The notes beneath the pieces were generated by a model. That model was given only the letters and a program-made list of their open reading frames with translations, was not told the origin of the DNA and made no database searches. This document shows, piece by piece, positions 26,979 through 34,213 of a stretch of 54,276 nt of DNA. Position numbers and translations under genes: made by a program. The DNA lies in the IMG/VR virus record IMGVR_UViG_3300044627_001883, positions 1-54,276 of that record; one strand, 5' to 3'. The number at the start of each line of letters is the position of its first letter. Position 1 is the first letter of the stretch. This DNA comes from a virus (lineage: Duplodnaviria > Caudoviricetes).

Positions 26979-27349
26979 ATCCACCCATGACCGACTTCTC
27001 TGACGCCCACGCCTGCCTCCACACCCTGGTCCAGGCTCACCGGGATGCCGTGCTGGGTTGTGACTGGGACGAGCAGCGCGATGACGTGGAGGAGGCGAGC
27101 CGTACCCTCTGTTACTCCGTCGCCGTCCGCTCTGGCTGGACCTGCCCCGGGGGCACCATGCTGCCTGATGAGTTTCGGCTGCTGCTGGCCGGTGGCGGAC
27201 CCACCGTGGAGGTGGCTGGGGAGCTGGACGGGATGTTCCAGCCAGGAGAGGTGGAGCTGCTGCTCAATGACCAGCGGGTGCCGGACCTGACGGATGAACA
27301 GCGTGCTGCGCTGGAGTGGTTCGCCGGCCTGTTCAGCTACCACGCCTGA
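26975..27349 (+). CDS. Hypothetical protein
   Basis: Coupled ORF with LLLAGGGP. Confidence 0.6.
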   Translation: MNPPMTDFSDAHACLHTLVQAHRDAVLGCDWDEQRDDVEEASRTLCYSVAVRSGWTCPGGTMLPDEFRLLLAGGGPTVEVAGELDGMFQPGEVELLLNDQRVPDLTDEQRAALEWFAGLFSYHA

Positions 27350-27639
27350 TGAAACTCACCGTCACCACGCAATCCCGCCTCGAGGGGATCTTGCGCCGGA
27401 TGCGCAACCACTGCCGGAGCCGCTCTGATGGACTGTGGCGGCTGGGAATGCCGGCCAGCACGCAGCTGACCTGGGAGCTGAACGGACGGCAGGTGTGCGC
27501 CAGGTTCGTCCGGGGGCAAGTCAGGTTCTGGGTGGACGAGGAGCGGACGCCAGTGAGCAAGATCGGGACAGCACTGGGAGTGGGGGCCGATTCCCAAACC
27601 GGACCCCAGAGAGGCGCCGCTCAGTTCCCGGGAGGTTAA
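27349..27639 (+). CDS. Hypothetical protein
   Basis: TGATG coupling; its stop lies inside promoter copy 3. Confidence 0.5.
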   Translation: MKLTVTTQSRLEGILRRMRNHCRSRSDGLWRLGMPASTQLTWELNGRQVCARFVRGQVRFWVDEERTPVSKIGTALGVGADSQTGPQRGAAQFPGG

Positions 27640-27642
27640 AGT
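27584..27642 (+). promoter_or_regulatory. Repeated promoter-like module, copy 3
   Basis: AACCGG 27597, GGCGCC 27613, 18 nt, TAAAGT 27637. Confidence 0.7.
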
Positions 27643-27694
27643 AGGTTCACCGGGGGCAAGACCTCCACACGGCAGCCCGGGGGCTGCACCTTCG

Positions 27695-27958
27695 ATGTTC
27701 CTGCTGAGCTGCTCCGGCACTGGCGCACTGACTGTCCTGGACACCGCCACTGGCGAGTCCCAATCCTTCAGCACGCTGGAGGCCGCAGTGGTGGCTCACG
27801 CCGATCACGTCCAGGAGTGCGCCTGGGCTGACCGCGGCTCGGCCCGTGACTACTACTTCTACGACTTCGCCTGGGGGCAGGCGGTGGAGTCGGTCACGGT
27901 GCCCGTGGGTGAGGCCAAGGAGCTGCTCACCATCCGCAAGCCGGCCCACGCCGGGTGA
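27695..27958 (+). CDS. Hypothetical protein
   Basis: Follows promoter copy 3 and the two-hairpin leader. Confidence 0.6.
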   Translation: MFLLSCSGTGALTVLDTATGESQSFSTLEAAVVAHADHVQECAWADRGSARDYYFYDFAWGQAVESVTVPVGEAKELLTIRKPAHAG

Positions 27959-27961
27959 GCC

Positions 27962-28018
27962 GGCCGGTTCACGAACCGGACCCCGGGAGGCGCCGCCGTT
28001 CTCTCCGGGGGTTAAACT
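27962..28018 (+). promoter_or_regulatory. Repeated promoter-like module, copy 4
   Basis: CCGGTT-CACG-AACCGG, GGCGCC 27989, 18 nt, TAAACT 28013. Confidence 0.7.
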
Positions 28019-28042
28019 TATGGGGTCAACCGCACCGGACCC

Positions 28043-28186
28043 ATGACCGAACGGCAGGCCCTCGCCGTCATCAAGCGGTACTACCGCGACGATCCCGAGG
28101 GAATGGAGAGTGACCGCGAGATCACTCTCCAGCGAGGCGAAACGGTTCAGCAGTGGGCTGAGTCTCTGCTCGATCCACTCTCGTAA
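28043..28186 (+). CDS. Small hypothetical protein (47 aa)
   Basis: ATG after GGACCC, first ORF after copy 4. Confidence 0.55.
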   Translation: MTERQALAVIKRYYRDDPEGMESDREITLQRGETVQQWAESLLDPLS

Positions 28187-28237
28187 CGCCAGGCCAGCCG
28201 GGAGCCCATCCCGGCACCTCCTCACCACCCAAGACCC

Positions 28238-28651
28238 ATGACCGCCACCTTCATCCCGGTCTCCACCGCACTCCGGACCCTTACCGCCAAGGGCCACACC
28301 GTCCAGAAGCTCACCCGCAAGCAGGCCATGACCATGGGTCGCTGGGATGCGCTCTACGTGGTGGACGGCACCCGCTACGACCTCGCCGGCATCCGGCTCC
28401 TGGCCCAGCAAGAGGCTGACCGCAGCCTGGAGCGCGAGACCACTCCCACTGGCCCCAAGGCTGAGCGCGAGATCGACCGCCTGGCTGCCGTGTTCCACGC
28501 CAAGACCACTGCGGTGATCGCCACCGGGCTTGGTGGCCGCGGCCTCAACGGATTGGTGACCTACCCAGTGATCAAGAAGCCCGGTGCCCGTCCTGTCTAC
28601 ATGACCGTCCAGCAAATCCGCCGCGACGCCAAGCGGCTGGGGCTCATCTGA
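28238..28651 (+). CDS. Hypothetical protein
   Basis: 137 aa ORF preceded by CAAGACCCATG. Confidence 0.65.
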   Translation: MTATFIPVSTALRTLTAKGHTVQKLTRKQAMTMGRWDALYVVDGTRYDLAGIRLLAQQEADRSLERETTPTGPKAEREIDRLAAVFHAKTTAVIATGLGGRGLNGLVTYPVIKKPGARPVYMTVQQIRRDAKRLGLI

Positions 28652-28660
28652 ACCCGGCTG

Positions 28661-28720
28661 GGGACCGGTCAGCGAACCGGCCCCCAATCCGGCGCCGGTT
28701 CTCTCTCCCGGGGTTAAGAC
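28661..28720 (+). promoter_or_regulatory. Repeated promoter-like module, copy 5
   Basis: AACCGG 28675, GGCGCC 28691, 18 nt, TAAGAC 28715. Confidence 0.65.
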
Positions 28721-28741
28721 AGTTTCATCCGCAAGAGACCC

Positions 28742-28924
28742 ATGACCACCGCTCAAGCCAATCAGTTCCTCGCCAAGTACGGCGTGACCCTGACCCAGCG
28801 CCAGCTGCCCGGCGGCTTCATTCAGTGCACCACCGCCGACCGCTTCGGCAACCTCACCGACTGGTACGCCGGCCAAACCGCTGAGTGCGTGGTCGCCGCC
28901 TGCCGGGCCACCCACGGCTTCTGA
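28742..28924 (+). CDS. Hypothetical protein
   Basis: First ORF after copy 5. Confidence 0.6.
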   Translation: MTTAQANQFLAKYGVTLTQRQLPGGFIQCTTADRFGNLTDWYAGQTAECVVAACRATHGF

Positions 28925-28988
28925 TCTCCATTCCCGGCGGCAGCGGATCCAGCTATGGTCCGCCGCCTCGGCATAGGAATGAATCCCC

Positions 28989-29231
28989 ATGAACCTGATC
29001 CAATACACGCTGCCGGCGCACTGGGCCAGCGCCCTGATCAACGGCGACTTCACCGGCCTCGAGGACGACGACGAACGCCAGCTGATGGCGGTCATGACCG
29101 GGGAGGACCTCCCAGGCCCGGTCAGCTGCTCCGGTGACCCGGAGTTCATGACCTACCACGACGCCAGGCCCTACGGAGTCCTCGCCTGCGACTGCCTCAC
29201 CTACGACTTCCTGATCCCGGATCCCCAATGA
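28989..29231 (+). CDS. Small acidic hypothetical protein
   Basis: LPAHWASALINGDFTGL motif. Confidence 0.65.
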   Translation: MNLIQYTLPAHWASALINGDFTGLEDDDERQLMAVMTGEDLPGPVSCSGDPEFMTYHDARPYGVLACDCLTYDFLIPDPQ

Positions 29232-29464
29232 CCACCACCGCCACCAAACTCCTGCCCGGCACCCGCTGCCGCTTCAACAAGGCATTCCTCCAGTCCACCT
29301 GCCAGTACACCGGCCCGGTGGCGCCCACCTCCACTGGACCGTTCGCCCGGGGGACCGTCGTTGGCCAAGAGCCGCTTGGCGGCTGGCTGCTGATCCGGGT
29401 GGCCTGGGATGACGGCACCACCACCAACGTCAACGCCAACAACTTGGAGCCGTCCGCCCGATGA
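29228..29464 (+). CDS. Hypothetical protein
   Basis: Coupled ORF. Confidence 0.6.
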   Translation: MTTTATKLLPGTRCRFNKAFLQSTCQYTGPVAPTSTGPFARGTVVGQEPLGGWLLIRVAWDDGTTTNVNANNLEPSAR

Positions 29465-29631
29465 CCAAGCGCCAAGCCCTCAGCCTGTTCCTTGAAGCCT
29501 GGGCTGCCACCGGCATCCGCAACGATCCCATCGCCAAGCGCACTGCGTGGAATGACTTCGTGGATCAGCTGAACAAGGACCGCCAGATCACCGACCGCCA
29601 AGCCTTCACCTGGAGCAACCCTTTCCCATGA
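29461..29631 (+). CDS. Small hypothetical protein
   Basis: ATGA-coupled on both sides. Confidence 0.55.
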   Translation: MTKRQALSLFLEAWAATGIRNDPIAKRTAWNDFVDQLNKDRQITDRQAFTWSNPFP

Positions 29632-29930
29632 AGCTGATCACCAAGGCCATCGCCGCCAAGCTGCCTCCGCTCTACGCCCAAGACGGCAAGGGCATGGAGG
29701 CCACCGCCTACCTCAAGCTGTTCACGCCCTGGAGCAACTGGACCTGGTACGTCACGGAGATGGACCCTGCGACGGGGGAGTGCTTCGGGCTGGTCCAGGG
29801 CTTTGAGACGGAGCTGGGCTACTTCAGCCTCCCGGAGCTGGAGAGCATCACTGGACCCTTCGGGCTGAAGGTGGAGAGGGACCTGAGCTTTGATCCCACT
29901 CCGCTCAGCCGGTTGACGAACCGGCCCTGA
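29628..29930 (+). CDS. DUF2958-like protein
   Basis: KLFTPWSNWTWYVTE...FGLV.G.E.ELGYFSL.EL...VERDL.F. Confidence 0.8.
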   Translation: MKLITKAIAAKLPPLYAQDGKGMEATAYLKLFTPWSNWTWYVTEMDPATGECFGLVQGFETELGYFSLPELESITGPFGLKVERDLSFDPTPLSRLTNRP

Positions 29931-29964
29931 TTCCGGCGCCGGTTCTCTCTGCGGGGGTTAAAGT
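29907..29964 (+). promoter_or_regulatory. Repeated promoter-like module, copy 6
   Basis: CCGGTT-GACG-AACCGG, GGCGCC 29935, 18 nt, TAAAGT 29959. Confidence 0.7.
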
Positions 29965-30016
29965 AGGTTCACCGGGGCGGAGAGCTCCACTCGGCGGGCC
30001 AGAGCCCGCAACTCAA

Positions 30017-30334
30017 ATGCAAACCGCCACCGCGGTCCTGAGCACCCTCTCCACCCTGGAGCGGTTGCCCCGCAAGCAGGCCGAGCTGGCCAACTCCCAG
30101 CTCGTCATCCTGGGTGACTTCAGCAGCGACTTCACCGTCAAGCTGCTGGCCCAGGGTGTGCGCTACGCCGACAGCACCGGCCGCATCGGCGGGACCCTCT
30201 CCATGGCCCTCCGCCGCGCCACTCCCTGGCAGGCTGCCCAGCTCGTCGCCGCCATGCTGCGCGATGGCCTCAGCCTCCAGTCGGAAGTGCCGGCCTGGCT
30301 CAACGCCAACGGCCTGGCCCTCCTGGCGGCCTGA
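30017..30334 (+). CDS. Hypothetical protein
   Basis: Follows copy 6 and the two-hairpin leader. Confidence 0.6.
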   Translation: MQTATAVLSTLSTLERLPRKQAELANSQLVILGDFSSDFTVKLLAQGVRYADSTGRIGGTLSMALRRATPWQAAQLVAAMLRDGLSLQSEVPAWLNANGLALLAA

Positions 30335-30392
30335 GCTGCCGCGGCCCACCGGGAGCCGCACCCAATCCCGGCCCACTCCACTCACCACCCAA

Positions 30393-30665
30393 ATGACCAG
30401 ATTCATCGCCGCCGCAGCACTGCTGCTGGCTGCCTCCATCCCAGCCCAAGCCGGCACCATCCTTCCCTACACCTACGCCAAGACGTTCTGCGAACTGCGC
30501 ATCGCTGGTGCTTCAAAAGATGACGCAGTGAAGGCTGCCGTCAAAGCCGCCTTCATTTCTGGCGATGATTGGACTCAAGTCACCATCGACGGCAAGCAAT
30601 ACCAATCCGACACCATCCTCGCCGTCCGCACTGCCTTTGACCTCTGCCCGGAGCTGTTCAAGTGA
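30393..30665 (+). CDS. Hypothetical secreted protein
   Basis: Signal-peptide-like MTRFIAAAALLLAASIPAQA. Confidence 0.6.
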   Translation: MTRFIAAAALLLAASIPAQAGTILPYTYAKTFCELRIAGASKDDAVKAAVKAAFISGDDWTQVTIDGKQYQSDTILAVRTAFDLCPELFK

Positions 30666-30947
30666 TTGACCGCATCAACAACGCCATCTGCCTACTGATT
30701 GCCGCCTCCGTCTTCGCCATGATCGGCGTTGAAGGTGGCGCCCACCACAGCCCCACACACTCCGGCACGCAGCAGGTGGTGCGCAAATGACCTCACGCCG
30801 CTTCTACTTCACCATCAAAGAAGCCAACGTGTTTGAGTGCGTCTGGGCCAGGACCTTGGCCGAGGCACGGCTGGAAATCTTCCATGACTGGCTTCCCTTC
30901 TGGGACCAGATTGAATGGCTCAACCCTGAGGACACCGCCCGCCAATC

Positions 30948-31145
30948 ATGACTGAATCCACCCGCCAGCGGCTTGAAGCGTTGATCTCTGATTCCGGTCA
31001 GTTCTCGGCCGGAGCGCAGCATGAGCGGGAGCGCATCCGCGCCATCATCAAGCTGCGCCAGCAGGACCTTGACGTGCGCTCAGCGGAACACCGCGAGTGC
31101 GTCGCCATCCTTCACGCCATCGCCCGCCTCAGTGATCCGCGCTGA
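30948..31145 (+). CDS. Hypothetical protein
   Basis: ORF in a coupled series. Confidence 0.5.
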   Translation: MTESTRQRLEALISDSGQFSAGAQHERERIRAIIKLRQQDLDVRSAEHRECVAILHAIARLSDPR

Positions 31146-31312
31146 AGCCGGCATCTACGCCGGTCAACGCCATCCCTGCTACGGCGCCCACCAGATGGTC
31201 TGGGGTATCCACACCTGGCATCGCCCCTGGGTGTTTGACGGCTCTACCGTCTGGTGGGGTCCAGCCCTGGGCACCCGTTCTGATGCTCTTGAGTTCGCTC
31301 GTATTCACGCCA

Positions 31313-31600
31313 ATGAAGTCATTCCAACTGGATCAGCAACGCGCTGACATGCTGGAGTCCCTCTACCAACACTCCGGCAGGGACCAGCTGCCCGAGGGCC
31401 ACCCACTCCGCTGCACCTATACCGGGTTGTGGGAGGAGTTCTGCCGCGACATGGCGGCCAACTTCCGCGACACCGACTACGCCGAGCTGCTGGCGGATGT
31501 GATGAGCGGAATGGATGAGACGCAATCAGTCATGAGCGAGCCCCAGGCCAAAGCCGCCATCGCCGTCTGCCGCAAGCACCTGCTGGGACGCTGGGCATGA
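31313..31600 (+). CDS. Hypothetical protein
   Basis: LY..SGR...TYTGLW motif; coupled to thyX. Confidence 0.6.
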   Translation: MKSFQLDQQRADMLESLYQHSGRDQLPEGHPLRCTYTGLWEEFCRDMAANFRDTDYAELLADVMSGMDETQSVMSEPQAKAAIAVCRKHLLGRWA

Positions 31601-32223
31601 GCGTCACGCTGATCCACGCCACACCGGACGCCGAGCGGTTGATCGTCAAGATGGCCCGGGTGTCCAACCCAGCCAACCAGGACAACCAGGAGACTGCTCC
31701 CAGGCTGCTCCGCTACCTCATCCGCCACCAACACTGGTCGCCGTTTGAGATGGCGTCCATGTGCGTGGAAATCTCCACCGAGCGCGACATTACCGCTCAG
31801 ATCCTCCGCCACCGTAGCTTCAGCTTCCAGGAGTTCAGCACCCGCTATGCCCGGAGCTCCCGGGCACAGGTGCCTTCATTCCGCCGTCAGGACGAGGCCA
31901 ACCGCCAGGCCAGTCACGATGACCTGCCGCTGGAGGTTCAGTCCATGGCGCGTGACGCTGCGGACCGGGTGATTGGCTCTGCCTATGAGCTGTACTACGA
32001 CCTGCTCCAGCAAGGCGTTGCCCGGGAGACTGCCCGCCGCATCCTGCCGCTCTGCACGCCCACCACCATCTACATGCACGGCACCCTGCGCTCCTGGATT
32101 CACTACATCAATGTGCGGACGGACCCGGGCACCCAACTGGAGCACCGGCAGGTGGCTCAAGCGTGCCGTGAAATCTTCACCGAGCAGTTCCCCTTCATCG
32201 CTGAAGCCGCCTTCAATGACTGA
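31597..32223 (+). CDS. thyX: Flavin-dependent thymidylate synthase
   Basis: HWSPFE and the ThyX signature RHRSFSFQEFSTRY. Confidence 0.95.
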   Translation: MSVTLIHATPDAERLIVKMARVSNPANQDNQETAPRLLRYLIRHQHWSPFEMASMCVEISTERDITAQILRHRSFSFQEFSTRYARSSRAQVPSFRRQDEANRQASHDDLPLEVQSMARDAADRVIGSAYELYYDLLQQGVARETARRILPLCTPTTIYMHGTLRSWIHYINVRTDPGTQLEHRQVAQACREIFTEQFPFIAEAAFND

Positions 32224-32494
32224 CTCCATCACCTCCACCCTCCAGGAGCGGGGGAGTCGCTACGGCAGCTTCACCGGTCACGCCCAGATCACCATGACCC
32301 TCAAGCGGTTCCTCCACGAGGCCATCGCGGAGCGGGGCAAGGTGCTGGCGGATGACCAGCTGGAAGCCCTCCACATGATCTGCCACAAGCTCGGCCGAAT
32401 CGTAAATGGGGACCCGGACTACGCCGACTCCTGGCATGACATTGCGGGCTACGCCCAGCTGGTAGCGGATCGCCTCAACGGCACCTCCCGCTAA
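32216..32494 (+). CDS. DUF6378-like protein
   Basis: ERGSRYG...KLGRI..GD...DSWHDIAGYA. Confidence 0.75.
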   Translation: MTDSITSTLQERGSRYGSFTGHAQITMTLKRFLHEAIAERGKVLADDQLEALHMICHKLGRIVNGDPDYADSWHDIAGYAQLVADRLNGTSR

Positions 32495-32649
32495 CCTGCG
32501 GGCATGAGCATGTTTGACCTGCCCTTCCATCGGCGGATCCGCCTGGCGCCTGCCCACTTCCGGGGGCTGCTGGACATTGGCCGCGGCCAGTTGTCGTTCA
32601 CCACTCGGCTCCGGGTGGCGCTCAAGCTCACCTGGATCCTGCTGACGCC

Positions 32650-32823
32650 ATGACGGAGCCGGTGGTCATCTCCCGCACCGACCGCGATGGCGGCTTCATT
32701 GAGACGCTGGAACCAGCTGCCGGTGGGGAGCTCTACTACCGCTCCTGCGCTCACGGCATCTGCCGCTACTCCAGTGACCTGTGGCAAGCGGAGCTCTACC
32801 TGGACCACCTGCTGGCGCAATGA
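32650..32823 (+). CDS. Small hypothetical protein
   Basis: YYRSC..GICRYSSDLWQA. Confidence 0.55.
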   Translation: MTEPVVISRTDRDGGFIETLEPAAGGELYYRSCAHGICRYSSDLWQAELYLDHLLAQ

Positions 32824-32949
32824 CCCGGCGCGAGCGGTGGTTGCTTGAGGTGGCGTACCTGGTGACCAATGCCTTCATCGTTGCTGGCGTGATCCGCCAC
32901 TGGAGTGACGTAGGCTGACCCAGTTCCCGCTCTGCTCCGGCATCGGGCA

Positions 32950-33020
32950 GGAAGCGTAGCCCAAGCAGAGGCAGCCAGGACAACTGGAGCTCAGTGCTGG
33001 TTCAAGTCCAGCCGCTTCCC
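32950..33020 (+). ncRNA. tRNA-like element with an aberrant anticodon arm
   Basis: Perfect 7-bp acceptor stem GGAAGCG/CGCTTCC; T-arm GCTGG-TTCAAGT-CCAGC; D-arm GCC/GGC; anticodon arm CCAG-GACAA-CTGG; no CCA. Confidence 0.6.
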
Positions 33021-33156
33021 TTCAAACCACAAAGCCCCGGCGTGAACCGGGGCCATGCTGGGCTTCATACCGGCCGACGCCGGCAGATGCGGTAGCCGGT
33101 GGTGGGTCCTCGCGCGGTGTCCACCTTTTTGCCCGCAGCCGGCTGCTACTGGACCG

Positions 33157-33182
33157 CCTAGATCCCTCAAAAAAGGTCTAGG
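33157..33182. terminator. Hairpin between convergent transcription units
   Basis: CCTAGATC/GGTCTAGG stem; no clear U-tract. Confidence 0.35.
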
Positions 33183-33198
33183 GCGACAGATTAGCCCA

Positions 33199-33513
33199 TC
33201 AGGACTGCTTGCCGTCCTTCAGCAGCCAGTTGATCAGCCGCTGCTGCTGCATCGGGTCCCAGTGCCCGGAGTTACGCCACCAGCCGAACACCTCCTGCGC
33301 ACCCTTGGCCCGGTTACACGGCGCACATGCCGGCACCAGGTTCTGCCGTACCGTCAGCCCACCCTTCAACTTTGGGTGGACGTGATCCAACGTGTCAGCC
33401 ACCTCTCCGCAGTAGCAGCATTGACCTCCCCAAGCCTCAAAGATGCCTTTGCGGAATCTGGTCTTGGTCGCCCGCTTGGTGACCAGCTCGGAGCCGTCAA
33501 TCTGATGATCCAC
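33199..33513 (-). CDS. HNH endonuclease
   Basis: CCYCG...TLDHVHP...GG...NLVPACAPCNRAK; GTG start at 33513. Confidence 0.88.
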   Translation of the reverse strand: MDHQIDGSELVTKRATKTRFRKGIFEAWGGQCCYCGEVADTLDHVHPKLKGGLTVRQNLVPACAPCNRAKGAQEVFGWWRNSGHWDPMQQQRLINWLLKDGKQS

Positions 33514-33715
33514 TGGATTCGTCAGGCAAGGTGAACGCTTCCACGCCCAGGTCCAGGATGTCCTCATCCCGGCGGACGTGTTCACTGATGCGCGAATAAA
33601 TGTCCGCGCAAAGCTGCTCTGGGTCCCGGCTGCTCCGCACCAGCACCTTTGCCTCAATCTCAATGAGGTAGTGGTGCCGCCGCAAATCCAAGGGGGGTTG
33701 GGCTGGTTGGTCCAT
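33497..33715 (-). CDS. Hypothetical protein
   Basis: 72 aa ORF overlapping the HNH start. Confidence 0.55.
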   Translation of the reverse strand: MDQPAQPPLDLRRHHYLIEIEAKVLVRSSRDPEQLCADIYSRISEHVRRDEDILDLGVEAFTLPDESSGSSD

Positions 33716-33779
33716 GCCTTCCCCGGCCTGGTGGTGTCATCGTAGCCACCGCCACCATGTTCACGTTTCCTTCCACTCC

Positions 33780-33983
33780 ATGACCTACTACCTCACCATC
33801 CACCGCCCAGCTGACCGGAACGGCTCCTGGTTTGTCGGTCCATTCCCCACGCACATCGCCGCGCAGCATTGGGCAGAGTCCCATGCGCTGGATGAATGGG
33901 ACATGGAGCGGCTGTGGGATCCGGCAGAGGCCGGTGGCCGTGCAGCGGGAATACAGCGGGAACGTGCTGGAGCGGGGGAATAG
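33780..33983 (+). CDS. Hypothetical protein
   Basis: VGPFPTHIAAQHWAE motif. Confidence 0.5.
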   Translation: MTYYLTIHRPADRNGSWFVGPFPTHIAAQHWAESHALDEWDMERLWDPAEAGGRAAGIQRERAGAGE

Positions 33984-34204
33984 CGGCTCAGCTAAGTCCT
34001 TGAAACTTCAGAGAGAACTTCCTCGGCGTGACCGCCCACCTTCACCTTTGGCCCCGGCATTCGCCAGTATCACGGTGGCTCCCGGATGTTCACTCTGGTT
34101 CCCGCAATCGTTGATTCTCCACGGGTTCGGCTGGTTTCCTTTTCACGCGACTTCAGCGATAGTCCCGGCGGTTTCGGGAAATCAGCGGGAATGCAGCGGG
34201 AACG
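33943..34204 (+). other. Putative attP with integrase arm-type direct repeats
   Basis: CAGCGGGAAT(A/G)CAGCGGGAACG at 33943-33964 and 34183-34204, immediately upstream of the integrase. Confidence 0.6.
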
Positions 34205-34213
34205 GAGAGCACC

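Noticed and set aside
27647-29149. 500-aa minus-strand ORF across the accessory region
   Set aside because: It is the antisense shadow of several well-formed plus-strand genes and promoter modules, has no motifs, and is expected at high GC.
22199-29964. Repeated modules as a CRISPR array or integron attC sites
   Set aside because: The repeats are degenerate, irregularly spaced and separated by whole genes; there are no cas genes or integron integrase; fixed -35/-10-like spacing fits promoters better.
32950-33020. Functional or suppressor tRNA, or genetic recoding
   Set aside because: The anticodon loop is non-canonical and all genes read intact in the standard code.
33091-33160. Canonical HDV-like ribozyme
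   Set aside because: TCCTCGC is present but the flanking bases do not form P3 and the strand order differs; kept only as an unassigned structure.
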